A stretch of 64,000 nt of DNA from Sulfuricurvum sp. (GTDB lineage: Bacteria; Campylobacterota; Campylobacteria; Campylobacterales; Sulfurimonadaceae): positions 20,540 through 84,539 of the forward strand of contig NZ_JALNYS010000014.1 of NCBI RefSeq assembly GCF_023229695.1, read 5' to 3'. The notes below the pieces were generated by a model, which saw only the letters and a list, made by a program, of their open reading frames with translations, was not told where the DNA came from and did not search any database. Shown here piece by piece: positions 37,512 through 46,657 of this stretch; positions within the stretch are counted from its first letter, which is position 1, and every line of letters begins with the position of its first letter. The position numbers were made by a program, and so were the translations under genes.

Positions 37512-38765
37512 TTACTTCGCCTCATAACTGAGTTCGATCGGTTTGGTCGGAAGTGATCGTATCCCATTTTTATCAACGCTGAGAATTTCATATTGGTAGC
37601 CGATGTTCGGTTTGATATCGGAATCGTGAAACTTCGGTTCGGTAATGTCTTTGATCTCAACGTTTTCACGGCTGATCCAGCTGGTTTTGACCGTTTTGAT
37701 AATGATGTACGAAACGGTACGCGGATCGTTGTTGCTCCATTGGAGTTCAACCGCTTTGTTCGCTATTTTGCCGTCAACCGCAATCGGTGTTTGCGGTTTG
37801 GAGAGGGTGGAACCTTGGGTTGAGATAGGTGAAATAAGCCCCTCCAATCCGTCTTTGTCCACGGCGGTGATTTTGTAAAAATAGTTTTTACCGTCTTCGT
37901 CTATCGCATCGGTAAAGGTGGTCGTTTCGAGTTTCACATGGTAATCAAACGAACCATTCGGAGAGGTGGAGCGGTAAATGTTGTAATGACTGATATCTTT
38001 GAGTTCACTCGGTTCCCAGGTAAGGGTAATAACACGGGGACGTTCGGTCGTCGCGGTGGTATTTTTGATTTGGGGAGGGAGCGGTTTCGTGATTACTTTG
38101 GTAATCTCACTGGGTTCGGTGACCAATTTGTCATGGGTATAGGCTTTGATCCGGTAGTGGTAGACCTGAGCGTCTTTGAGGTCACGATCGATGTACTCGG
38201 CATTCAAGCGGCCGCTGATCGTGGCGATTTCATGCCATGTCTGGTCATTGACATTGAGACGGTCGATGATGTAACCGGCAATTTTTCCGTTTGAATGGGG
38301 ACGCCAGAGGAGTTTTGCACTGCGGGGCATATTGCCGACCGATTGGAAAAAAACGACCGGAGCGATCATCGGTTGGGTGGCGACGGTGATGGTTTCCGAT
38401 CCGACCGACTCGCTCCCCTCTTTGGTAAAGGTAGCAAAGCGGTACTGGTACTGCACATTGGGTTTAAGATCGCTGTCGACATAATGGGTCGCAAAACGGC
38501 TCTCTACCGTAGCAATACGGTGAAGTTTCTGACCGGCTTCGCCGGGAGTGTCGCGGTAGATGTAATATCCGATAACGCGGGGGTCATCGATCGGTTTCCA
38601 TTCAAATGCCGCAGAGGTGATATCGGAGATAAATCCGTTAATCGTGAGGACCGGAAGGGTAGAATCGATGGTGATGGCTTTTTCGGGTTTGGGCGTCGGG
38701 GCACAACCGCTAAACAGACTCAGGGCTAAAGAGATGCTCAAAGCGTAACGGATCGATGTGTGCAT
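37512..38765 (-). CDS. Fibronectin type III repeat lipoprotein (FlpA-like)
   Basis: Lipobox LFSGC. Repeated ~95-aa units with W.P...P....Y.IYR...Y.Y.V.A. pattern. Same position relative to trmB as flpA in C. jejuni. The start at 38765 still overlaps rluD by 56 nt. Confidence 0.8.
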   Translation of the reverse strand: MHTSIRYALSISLALSLFSGCAPTPKPEKAITIDSTLPVLTINGFISDITSAAFEWKPIDDPRVIGYYIYRDTPGEAGQKLHRIATVESRFATHYVDSDLKPNVQYQYRFATFTKEGSESVGSETITVATQPMIAPVVFFQSVGNMPRSAKLLWRPHSNGKIAGYIIDRLNVNDQTWHEIATISGRLNAEYIDRDLKDAQVYHYRIKAYTHDKLVTEPSEITKVITKPLPPQIKNTTATTERPRVITLTWEPSELKDISHYNIYRSTSPNGSFDYHVKLETTTFTDAIDEDGKNYFYKITAVDKDGLEGLISPISTQGSTLSKPQTPIAVDGKIANKAVELQWSNNDPRTVSYIIIKTVKTSWISRENVEIKDITEPKFHDSDIKPNIGYQYEILSVDKNGIRSLPTKPIELSYEAK

Positions 38766-39687
38766 GAAATTCCTTTGGATCAAAATGTTTTAGGATGTAA
38801 TCTTCCATCACCGCCTCCAGAGGGGCAACAAACTGAACCCTCTCCTGGGTGGTGGGATGGGTAAAATAGAGTATGTATGCATGAAGCAAGATACGTTCCA
38901 TTTTATCACTTTTTGGCTGCAGCGCGTAGATATGATCGCCGATGATATGGCGGCTCATTGACTCCAGATGGACTCGGATTTGATGGGTTCTTCCGGTATA
39001 AAGTTTACAGCCGATCAGCTCCTGTGTCTCATCATGAGAGAGGAGTACTTTTTGAAACTGAGTCTTGGCATTTTTACCGCTCTCACTAATCGCCATCTTG
39101 AGACGGTTATGGCTGCTTCGTCCGATCGGTTTGTCGATAATGATCCCGTCCTCTTTGAGCGGCGGTGTCACTACGGCCATGTAATAGCGTCCCATGCTCT
39201 TGTCCTGCAACTGCGCCGATAGGGCTTCGTGGGCAACATTGTTTTTGGCGATTACCATCGCTCCGCTGGTCCCTCGGTCGAGACGGTGTACAATCCCGTG
39301 GCGCTCTTCGCCGCTGAGGGTCGAGAGGCTGATCCCTTTATGTTTGAGCCAATCGACCAACGTGGGTTCTTTGACGCTGGGGGCCGGATGGACGGTCAGG
39401 GAACTGGGTTTGTTGATGACGAGAATATCGTCGTCTTCGAACAGCACCTCGACGTCAAAATCGATCACCTGTGCCGGAGTCGATTTCGCCTCCGGAAAAA
39501 TAATTGCGACGTTTTGGGAAATTTTGAGTTTGAGACCCGGTTTGGAGGTCGCTTTACCATCGACGCGGATACAATCTTGTTCGATCAACTGGGATATCTG
39601 ATTCCGGGTTTGCCCAAGTTTTTGGACTAAAAATAGGTCAAGACGAATCGCTTCCTCGACATAAAGTGTCACATTTTCTCTGTTCAT
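38710..39687 (-). CDS. rluD: RluA-family 23S rRNA pseudouridine synthase (RluD-like, S4 domain)
   Basis: S4-like RLDLFLVQKLGQTRNQISQLIEQDCIRVDG. HRLDRGTSGAMVIAKN and GRTHQIRVHL. Confidence 0.88.
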   Translation of the reverse strand: MNRENVTLYVEEAIRLDLFLVQKLGQTRNQISQLIEQDCIRVDGKATSKPGLKLKISQNVAIIFPEAKSTPAQVIDFDVEVLFEDDDILVINKPSSLTVHPAPSVKEPTLVDWLKHKGISLSTLSGEERHGIVHRLDRGTSGAMVIAKNNVAHEALSAQLQDKSMGRYYMAVVTPPLKEDGIIIDKPIGRSSHNRLKMAISESGKNAKTQFQKVLLSHDETQELIGCKLYTGRTHQIRVHLESMSRHIIGDHIYALQPKSDKMERILLHAYILYFTHPTTQERVQFVAPLEAVMEDYILKHFDPKEFHAHIDPLRFEHLFSPESV

Positions 39688-39699
39688 TGACGCCCTTTA

Positions 39700-39708
39700 T
39701 GATACAAT
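39700..39708 (+). promoter_or_regulatory. Candidate extended -10 (TGaTACAAT) upstream of rodA
   Basis: TGATACAAT lies ~32 nt upstream of the GTG start. Sequence pattern only. Confidence 0.3.
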
Positions 39709-39739
39709 CAGCTAAAAATTTTAAAGTAATGAGATTGCA

Positions 39740-40849
39740 GTGCTTAATATAGATCGCCGAATTCTAGCACATTTTGATTTTATAATTATCATTTTGTTGA
39801 TTCCCCTCGTATTTACCTCCGGTTGGCTGATCCATGAGATCCATCCGGTATTGGGACAAAAGCATCTGGTGTACGTTGCTGTCGGGATCGGGGCGTTTTT
39901 TACCCTCTTTTTGTTGCCGGTGCGTCAGATGTTCTGGACGATCCCTATTTTTTATTGGGGGAGTATCCTCCTCCTCGTTGCCGTCGAGTTTGTAGGGCAT
40001 GCACGGCTGGGAGCGAAACGGTGGATTGAGATCCCGTTTGTCCATTTCACCCTCCAGCCCTCTGAGCTGATCAAACCGGCGTTTGTCCTGATGCTTGCTT
40101 ATCTGATCAGCCGAAACCCTCCGCCGCGTGACGGATACCGTCTGAAAGATTTTTCGAAGATCATGTTTTTTATTATCCTCCCTTTTCTCCTCATCGCCAA
40201 GGAACCCGATTTGGGGACGGCGACGGTCTTGCTGCTGCTGGGGGTGGGGATTTTGTTTATCGTCGGGGTTCACTGGAAAATATGGGTGGGGCTGAGCACG
40301 GCTTTCATCATCTCGCTCCCGCTGATCTATACCCAGCTGCACGATTATCAAAAACAGCGGTTGACCGACTTTATCAGTGAAAAACCGAGCTACCACGTCG
40401 AGCAGTCGATCATTGCCGTCGGTTCGGGGGGATTTTTCGGTAAAGACAAAGAGGATGCCACTCAGACCCAGATGAAATTCCTCCCCATTGCATCGAGCGA
40501 TTTTATCTTCGCTTACGTCGTCGAGCGGTTCGGGTTTTTCGGGGCGTTTTTGCTCATCTCCCTCTACGCCGCGATTATCATCCATCTGCTGATGATCGCC
40601 AACTGGGCGCAGGATTACTACATCAAGGTGGTGACGGCAGGGCTCTCCCTCTTTGTCTTCATCTATATGAGTGTCAATATTGCCATGACAATCGGATTTG
40701 CCCCCGTCGTCGGGGTACCGCTGCCGATGTTCAGCTACGGAGGGAGCAGTTTCGTCAATTTTATGATTTTGTTCGGAATTATGGAGAACCTTCTCGCTTA
40801 CCGATTTCGCTATTTGTACAACAATAGCGGTAAAAAAAGCTTCGTCTAA
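39740..40849 (+). CDS. rodA: SEDS-family peptidoglycan polymerase RodA (FtsW/RodA/SpoVE)
   Basis: 10-TM protein with LQPSELIKP, EPDLGTA, ASSDFIFAYVVERFGFFG and PLPMFSYGGSS. Confidence 0.9.
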   Translation: MLNIDRRILAHFDFIIIILLIPLVFTSGWLIHEIHPVLGQKHLVYVAVGIGAFFTLFLLPVRQMFWTIPIFYWGSILLLVAVEFVGHARLGAKRWIEIPFVHFTLQPSELIKPAFVLMLAYLISRNPPPRDGYRLKDFSKIMFFIILPFLLIAKEPDLGTATVLLLLGVGILFIVGVHWKIWVGLSTAFIISLPLIYTQLHDYQKQRLTDFISEKPSYHVEQSIIAVGSGGFFGKDKEDATQTQMKFLPIASSDFIFAYVVERFGFFGAFLLISLYAAIIIHLLMIANWAQDYYIKVVTAGLSLFVFIYMSVNIAMTIGFAPVVGVPLPMFSYGGSSFVNFMILFGIMENLLAYRFRYLYNNSGKKSFV

Positions 40850-40881
40850 TCAAAGAACGAGTATAATACCGCTCCTCAATC

Positions 40882-40957
40882 GGGTCAATAGTTCAGCGGT
40901 TAGAGCCCTCCGCTCATAACGGAGTAGTCGCAGGTTCAAATCCTGCTTGACCCACCA
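40882..40957 (+). tRNA. tRNA with CAU anticodon (elongator Met, or Ile2 if lysidinylated)
   Basis: Cloverleaf with acceptor GGGTCAA/TTGACCC. Anticodon arm CTCCG-CTCATAA-CGGAG. T-arm GCAGG-TTCAAAT-CCTGC. Encoded CCA. TATAAT at 40862-40867. The anticodon stem lacks the three GC pairs of initiator tRNA. Confidence 0.88.
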
Positions 40958-41133
40958 CCTCCTCTCGATAAATACAATCCACAATATAACGTCAGTCCCT
41001 ACGATTTAAAAAGTATGTTTTTGTTTTTGAGATAAAAGCACGATTATTATAGATATTCGTACCAAATATGGTATGATTAAATCAATAATTCAACCTGATT
41101 GAAAATAATCGATACTCAAAGGCAATACAGTAG

Positions 41134-42264
41134 ATGAAACGCTGGATATGGGAGAGGGAGACTTATCCCCATTTTACCTATGATTTGAACCGACTTGAGC
41201 ATTTGATTCAAGAGGTTTCATTGGAGCAGGGGTATTTGATTGCCATAACCCAAACGATGGATCGCAATAATATCGCCCAAAGACAACTCGAAGCACTGAT
41301 GAATGAAGCGATTAGTACCTCTGCGATAGAGGGGGAAATCCTCAATCGTGACAGCGTCAAAGCCTCCATCCAACGAAAGCTTGGGTTTGCAGAGATAGAT
41401 TCTTACAAACGGGATATTTCTACCGATTATCTGATAGAAGTACTCATCGATGCCAACACCAATTACGATCAAGATTTGAGCCTTGAGAGGCTCTTTGGCT
41501 GGCACAATGCTCTTTTTCCGAGTGGGTATAGTGCTCTTTCTAAAATCAATGTTGCCTCGTTCAGGGGTGAAGAGATTATGGAAGTCATCGGAGGAGCCGC
41601 AGGAAAAGAGAAAACGTATTATGTAGCACCTCCAAGAGCCACGCTCGAAGATGAGATGGCTCGATATCTAGCATGGTTTAATGCCACACCTCCGAGTCTG
41701 CTCAAAGCGTGTATTTCCCATTTATGGTTTGTTATCATTCACCCGTTTGATGACGGTAACGGCAGAATAGGGCGCGCGATCACCGATTTGGTTTTGTCTA
41801 ACATCGAAAAATCGACCATATCGAGACTCTATTCGATGTCTAGTGCGATCAACAGCGATAGAAGCGGGTATTACAAGGTATTGGAAAAAACAACGGGGTA
41901 CATTCGCAAGGAGAGGAATCATTTGGATATCACCGACTGGTGCGAATGGTTTCTCACTACGTTAAACACTGCATTGGGCGACACGAAAAAAAAGCTAGGA
42001 TACATCGTACAAAAAACGACGTTTTGGGACAAATACAAAACTCATAATCTCAATGCGAGACAAACCAAAGTTCTCAATAGAATCCTCGATATGGGAACTG
42101 AAAATTTCCAAGGTGCTTTGAGTAAAAAGAAATATATGAGCCTAACGGACACGGCATCCACCACCGCTTCCAGAGATATTACCCAATTGATCGAGATCGG
42201 CTGTATCCGTCAAATCGAGGGGACAAACGGTAGAAATGTTCGGTATGAGATTGTTTTTGAGTAA
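41134..42264 (+). CDS. Fic-family protein (AMPylase-type motif) with C-terminal wHTH-like region
   Basis: HPFDDGNGRIGRA matches HxFx(D/E)GNGRxxR. Confidence 0.9.
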   Translation: MKRWIWERETYPHFTYDLNRLEHLIQEVSLEQGYLIAITQTMDRNNIAQRQLEALMNEAISTSAIEGEILNRDSVKASIQRKLGFAEIDSYKRDISTDYLIEVLIDANTNYDQDLSLERLFGWHNALFPSGYSALSKINVASFRGEEIMEVIGGAAGKEKTYYVAPPRATLEDEMARYLAWFNATPPSLLKACISHLWFVIIHPFDDGNGRIGRAITDLVLSNIEKSTISRLYSMSSAINSDRSGYYKVLEKTTGYIRKERNHLDITDWCEWFLTTLNTALGDTKKKLGYIVQKTTFWDKYKTHNLNARQTKVLNRILDMGTENFQGALSKKKYMSLTDTASTTASRDITQLIEIGCIRQIEGTNGRNVRYEIVFE

Positions 42265-42354
42265 TAGATTTTAAAAAGTGAAGATTGAATATATGACCGC
42301 TAATCTGCGTAAAAAAGTAGTCTGTCGCCTTTTTCCTTCGTTTTTATTTCAAGT

Positions 42355-43638
42355 TTATAATTGACTTGTTAAATAATCTATTTTCTCTTTTACTATTTTT
42401 AAATCCATATTAATTGAATCATGAGTAATTTCACCTGCATAATTATTACTGGTAATGTGCTCAGCGTATATTTTATAAATTGGCGATCTAAAACAGTAAT
42501 GATTAGCTCTTTTTATGATTATTGCTCCTTTTTCACTTTTTACTAATTGTTTTAAATAGCTCGATAAGTTCCCTGCTGGATACTTTGATTCAGTTTCTTG
42601 AATTTTTAGCAGTAAATCATGTTGTTCTGCCCCCTCCATCGAGAAGGAAGATAAGGCTTTAAATATCAACATGGCATTCTTGTAGGTTCCTTTTCTTTGT
42701 ACCAATGCAATTTCGAAGTCAGCTTTAATTGAATCTGATGAATCTTGAATATATCCTTTGATGCCTGATTCAAACATTTTCATGTCAATAACTATTTTTG
42801 AGTTGCTTTTAGTATATATACCCATTGCGAAACATATTTGTAAACAAATTGAATGACACACCGATGGAACACCATTCGCAACTTTTATGATGTTATTTTT
42901 AATAAAAGCAGGTATTTCGATATTTAATAACGGAAACCCAATGTCAATAATTTGTGCAATTTCGGTGTCAGTCATTAAAGGTACATTTATTTCTGCAACT
43001 CTTGACTTGAGTTCAGGGTCATATTGAACAACTTCTCGACCAGTATCCACAGCACCTATACATATGATTTTTAGCTCAGGGTACTCTTCAGCCATATCAA
43101 CAAAAAGCTTCATTGTCTGAGATACCTTTGTCTTCTCATCAGCATTAATTTTATGAAAATCTTCTAAAACAAAGCAACATTTGGCATTGCCTAAAAATCG
43201 AGCAAGTGTTTGCATTGTTAATTTAGGTGGAATTACTCTTTTAATTGTCCCTTGTTCTGTTGTTGTTTTTGTTCCTCCAAGCTCTGCTTTAATTAGTGCA
43301 TAATCTGACGCTAATTTTATGGATGTGGCATTACTTATAGTGGATACTTTACTATCTTGGTAATAGGGATTTAACTCATCAAATGCTTGCAATACAATTT
43401 CTTCATATGTCAGTGTAGAAGTACATCTTACTGTAATGTGGTTTTCATATATTTGCATCAGTTTATTGACAATAAGCGTAGTCTTTCCACAGCCAGAATG
43501 CCCATATATTACTAGTTGCTTTCCAGGGGTATTTAAAGCATTTACAATTTGGTTATTAACAGATTCTCTTTCAACAAAAGTTAGTTTTGCAGATGTTGAT
43601 GGTGTAAATACTTCATTGGATTTAATTTGTTTTTCCAT
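42355..43638 (-). CDS. Orphan P-loop NTPase (AAA_16/ATPase_2-like), AT-rich
   Basis: FTPSTSAKLTFVERESVNNQI...LVIYGHSGCGKTTL (Walker A). CCFVLEDFH (Walker B). ~200-aa C-terminal domain without recognisable motifs. Confidence 0.7.
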   Translation of the reverse strand: MEKQIKSNEVFTPSTSAKLTFVERESVNNQIVNALNTPGKQLVIYGHSGCGKTTLIVNKLMQIYENHITVRCTSTLTYEEIVLQAFDELNPYYQDSKVSTISNATSIKLASDYALIKAELGGTKTTTEQGTIKRVIPPKLTMQTLARFLGNAKCCFVLEDFHKINADEKTKVSQTMKLFVDMAEEYPELKIICIGAVDTGREVVQYDPELKSRVAEINVPLMTDTEIAQIIDIGFPLLNIEIPAFIKNNIIKVANGVPSVCHSICLQICFAMGIYTKSNSKIVIDMKMFESGIKGYIQDSSDSIKADFEIALVQRKGTYKNAMLIFKALSSFSMEGAEQHDLLLKIQETESKYPAGNLSSYLKQLVKSEKGAIIIKRANHYCFRSPIYKIYAEHITSNNYAGEITHDSINMDLKIVKEKIDYLTSQL

Positions 43639-43782
43639 AAATATATCCTTTTACTTGTGATATTTTATACTAATAATAAAATTTTTGGTGAAGAAATTTA
43701 GGTGTCAATAGTGTTTAGTGTAAACAATATGTATGATTAATCAATTTATGTTGATGAATTTTGGAAAAAAGGGGACAGGCTA

Positions 43783-43800
43783 GAATGGCACTTACTTAAG
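43783..43800. repeat. Outer inverted repeat, left arm (GAATGGCACTTACTTAAG)
   Basis: Perfect 18-bp reverse complement of 46610-46627. Preceded by GGGACAGGCTA (43772-43782). Confidence 0.9.
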
Positions 43801-44028
43801 CTTTTAAGCCTTATTTCCGAGACTAAAACAAATGAAATTTAAATCCTGCAAAAAACGGAGCCATTCGGCCACCTGTGACGTTTTTATCCGGCCACCCATG
43901 ACGGTGGCATTCGGCCACTAAAAACGGTCATTATCCGGCCACTTTTTAGGAAAAAACGTCACGGAGTTTTTATGAATGAAGGGTGTTTTCTGAATTGACT
44001 ACACTGCCGTTTAAAAACGGGAGTGTTG

Positions 44029-45582
44029 ATGAGGAAGATACAGATGAAAAAAGTACGTGAAGCTCTACGGCTTCATATTGGGATGAACCTTTCGGTTCGT
44101 CAGGCACACAGAGCTGCAGGGGTTCCAAGAACAACCATACAAGACTATATCCGCCGCTTTAAGTCTTCCGCAATGACGATTGACGAAGTGGAAGGGATGA
44201 GTGATAATGTCCTCCATTCCAGATTGTTTCCCGAACAGCGCAGTGCCACACCTTCCAAAAAACCATTACCCGATATGCTCTACCTGCATAACGAACTCAA
44301 GCAGCGTAAACAGACGAAAGTGACTCTCATGCTGCTATGGGAAGAGTACAAAGAACAATATCCCGATGGATACGAGTATACCCAGTTTAGGGTTCTCTAT
44401 AAAAAGCATGTTGAAAAGCTGAATCCTTCGATGCGTCAGGTCCATTTAGGAGGAGAAAAAGTATTTGTCGACTACAGCGGTCTGACGATGCCGATTTACG
44501 ATATCCAAACCGGCGAGATCGTCAAATGTCAGGTTTTTATTGCGGTTCTGGGTGCTAGTGGCTATACCTTTGCCCATGCGACTCCATCCCAGAAACAAGA
44601 AGATTTTTTTCAAGCTCATGTATTGGCATACCGATACTTTGAAGGAGTACCGCGAATCGTAGTGAGCGATAATCTCAAATCAGCGGTGATTACTCATTCT
44701 AATGGAGAAATCGTTATCAACGAAGGATACGCCGACCTTGCCCGCCATTACAACATGGCGATAGAACCTGCACGTCCCTATAAACCCAAAGACAAACCGA
44801 AAGTCGAGCAAGGAGTTCAGGGGATTCAGCGCTATATCCTCGCACGCTTTCGCCATCGGAAGTTTTACAGTGTCGATGAGCTCAATGAATCGATCGGTCC
44901 GCTACTGGATGATTACAACAACAAGATCGTCAAACATTTGGAACAAAGCCGCACCCAGATGTTTGAAACACTGGATAAGCCCCATCTCAAACCACTTCCC
45001 GCCAACCGTTACAGCTACAAAGAGTTCAAAGTTGCACGAGTCAACCAAGATTACCACATCACTTTGGACAAATGCAATTACTCTGTCCCTTATGGGTATC
45101 TCAAAGAACTTGTCGATGTGCATTACAATTCACACAGTGTAAAAATCTATCACAACAACACTTTGATCGCCACCCATCCAAGACTGCGACGCACGGGCGA
45201 TGTCTCCACACTCAAAGAGCATATGCCCTCGTCGCATCAATATGTCCATGAAAAAATGAATCCGGATCGATTACGCAACTGGGCGAAGAATATCGGTTCC
45301 AATGCATCCGCATTCGTTGAAGCACGCTTCGCCGCCGCTGAATATGAAGCAACTGCCTACCGTCCGATCATCGCTGTCCTTTCACTGGCCAAGTTGCATG
45401 GAAAATCAGAATTGGAACTGGCGCTGATGTTTGCATTGGAGAAGCAGACTCTGAAGACGAAGTCGATCAAGTCGATTCTGGAGAAAAAACTTTATCCGGG
45501 TAGAAGTGCCAACAACATCATGACAACTCCTCCTATCCTAAATACCCATGACAATCTTCGTAATGCTCAAGAGTATCAATAA
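44029..45582 (+). CDS. istA: IS21-family transposase IstA
   Basis: N-terminal HTH (LSVRQAHRAAGVPRTTIQDYIRR), DDE-type core (VFVDYSG..., VVSDNLKSAV..., KPKVEQGV). ~515 aa. The start could be 44029 or 44044. Confidence 0.9.
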   Translation: MRKIQMKKVREALRLHIGMNLSVRQAHRAAGVPRTTIQDYIRRFKSSAMTIDEVEGMSDNVLHSRLFPEQRSATPSKKPLPDMLYLHNELKQRKQTKVTLMLLWEEYKEQYPDGYEYTQFRVLYKKHVEKLNPSMRQVHLGGEKVFVDYSGLTMPIYDIQTGEIVKCQVFIAVLGASGYTFAHATPSQKQEDFFQAHVLAYRYFEGVPRIVVSDNLKSAVITHSNGEIVINEGYADLARHYNMAIEPARPYKPKDKPKVEQGVQGIQRYILARFRHRKFYSVDELNESIGPLLDDYNNKIVKHLEQSRTQMFETLDKPHLKPLPANRYSYKEFKVARVNQDYHITLDKCNYSVPYGYLKELVDVHYNSHSVKIYHNNTLIATHPRLRRTGDVSTLKEHMPSSHQYVHEKMNPDRLRNWAKNIGSNASAFVEARFAAAEYEATAYRPIIAVLSLAKLHGKSELELALMFALEKQTLKTKSIKSILEKKLYPGRSANNIMTTPPILNTHDNLRNAQEYQ

Positions 45583-45618
45583 CAAAGTATCCAAAAAAGT
45601 AAAAAAAGGAAATAACCT

Positions 45619-46377
45619 ATGCAGCATTCACAACTTATTGAAAAAATCACCCAGCTCGGTCTTCACGGATTTAAAGAGGCGTATGCGCGTCAAAGCGAAG
45701 ATGTCAACTATCACTCTCTAGCATTCGAAGAGAGGCTTTATCAGCTCCTTGATGCGCAAAGTCTCTATCTTCGCAACAAGGCAATCGCTATGAATCGCAA
45801 GCTCTCTAAAATTAAAGAGAAACATGCCCTCATCGAAGAGATCGATTTTAATCCCAAACGCTGCCTCGACAAAGCGTTCATACACTCTTTGGCTACCTTG
45901 AACTTTATTCGAAGCCATCAGAACATTATTATGACCGGAAAAACCGGTACCGGTAAAAGCTATCTTGCACAAGCGTTTGCCAATCGTGCCATCATGGATG
46001 GATTCAGAGTCCATTACATTCGTACTCCGACACTTCTTGAGGAGATAAGAATTTCAAGGATTGACGGCACCTATACCAATCTACTCAAAAAATATTCGAA
46101 GTTCCATCTATTGATCCTGGATGATTTCGGAGTATCCGCCATGCATGAAGATGACGCAACCAACTTATTTGAAATCATTGAAGATCGTACCCAGATTAAC
46201 TCGACCATTATCACTTCTCAACTCCCAGTGTGCGACTGGTATGATTATCTCAATAACAATACTATTGCCGATGCAATCCTTGATCGTATCGTCCATTCAT
46301 CGCACCGAATTGAAATGGAGGGGGATTCTATGCGCAAGCTTCACTCTACTATCAATAAATCAATCACTGAAAAATAA
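45619..46377 (+). CDS. istB: IS21-family helper ATPase IstB
   Basis: Walker A GKTGTGKSYLA. Walker B LLILDDFG. C-terminal AILDRIVHSSHRIEMEGDSMR. Confidence 0.9.
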   Translation: MQHSQLIEKITQLGLHGFKEAYARQSEDVNYHSLAFEERLYQLLDAQSLYLRNKAIAMNRKLSKIKEKHALIEEIDFNPKRCLDKAFIHSLATLNFIRSHQNIIMTGKTGTGKSYLAQAFANRAIMDGFRVHYIRTPTLLEEIRISRIDGTYTNLLKKYSKFHLLILDDFGVSAMHEDDATNLFEIIEDRTQINSTIITSQLPVCDWYDYLNNNTIADAILDRIVHSSHRIEMEGDSMRKLHSTINKSITEK

Positions 46378-46609
46378 GAAATTTAGATGATCAAGGAACC
46401 AATATCCGGCCACTTTATGTTAAAATCCAAACACAGAAAATATCTCTCTTCAAGTGGCCGAATAATCTCCGCGATCACTGGCCGAATACTCCGTCATATG
46501 CAAATCGGAAGTGGGACTTCAGTCCCGCACGATGGCGAGGCTAAAGCCTCACTTCCAAATAGATTTACAAAAACAAGTAAATATGTTAGGCTTTTTAGAC
46601 TCTTTTTTC

Positions 46610-46627
46610 CTTAAGTAAGTGCCATTC
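46610..46627. repeat. Outer inverted repeat, right arm (CTTAAGTAAGTGCCATTC)
   Basis: Perfect reverse complement of 43783-43800. Followed by GGGATAAGCTA (46628-46638), which matches the 11 nt preceding the left arm at 9 of 11 positions. Confidence 0.9.
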
Positions 46628-46657
46628 GGGATAAGCTACTTTTTTACAATAGAAATT

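Larger units (their letters stand above)
43847..46502 (+). mobile_element. IS21-family insertion sequence (istA + istB), minimal boundaries TGCA...TGCA
   Basis: The left end TGCAAAAAACGGAGCCATTCGGCCAC aligns with the reverse complement of the right end, TGCATATGACGGAGTATTCGGCCAG. Subterminal AT(T/C)CGGCCAC repeats lie at 43863, 43886, 43909 and 43933 (direct). Further copies lie at 46404 (direct), 46454 and 46479 (inverted). The alternative outer boundary is 43783-46627. Confidence 0.8.

Noticed and set aside
38710-38765. 56-nt overlap between the rluD 3' end and the FlpA-like gene start as a possible frameshift or annotation anomaly
   Set aside because: Both frames are continuous and motif-supported. 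The most likely explanation is a slightly extended rluD C-terminus. No slippery sequence or pseudogene signature was seen.
39764-40585. 273-aa ORF on the - strand
   Set aside because: Antisense to rodA. The translation is highly charged and Arg/Pro/Asp-rich without motifs, so it is a shadow ORF.
43841-43849. 9-bp match (AAATCCTGC) to the T-arm/3' part of the tRNA at 40882-40957, as a possible attR
   Set aside because: It is too short (about 0.5 chance matches are expected in a 64-kb window on both strands). It coincides with the IS21 left terminus, and no integrase is present.
43863-43942. Four evenly spaced ~10-bp repeats (AT(T/C)CGGCCAC) that could resemble a mini CRISPR-like array
   Set aside because: The repeats are only 10 bp with ~13-bp spacers. 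They recur in inverted orientation at the other end of the istAB element, and there are no cas genes. They fit IS21 subterminal transposase-binding repeats.
46387-46614. 75-aa ORF downstream of istB
   Set aside because: It lies in the IS right-end and structured spacer region containing the subterminal repeats. It has no RBS or motifs and is probably non-coding.
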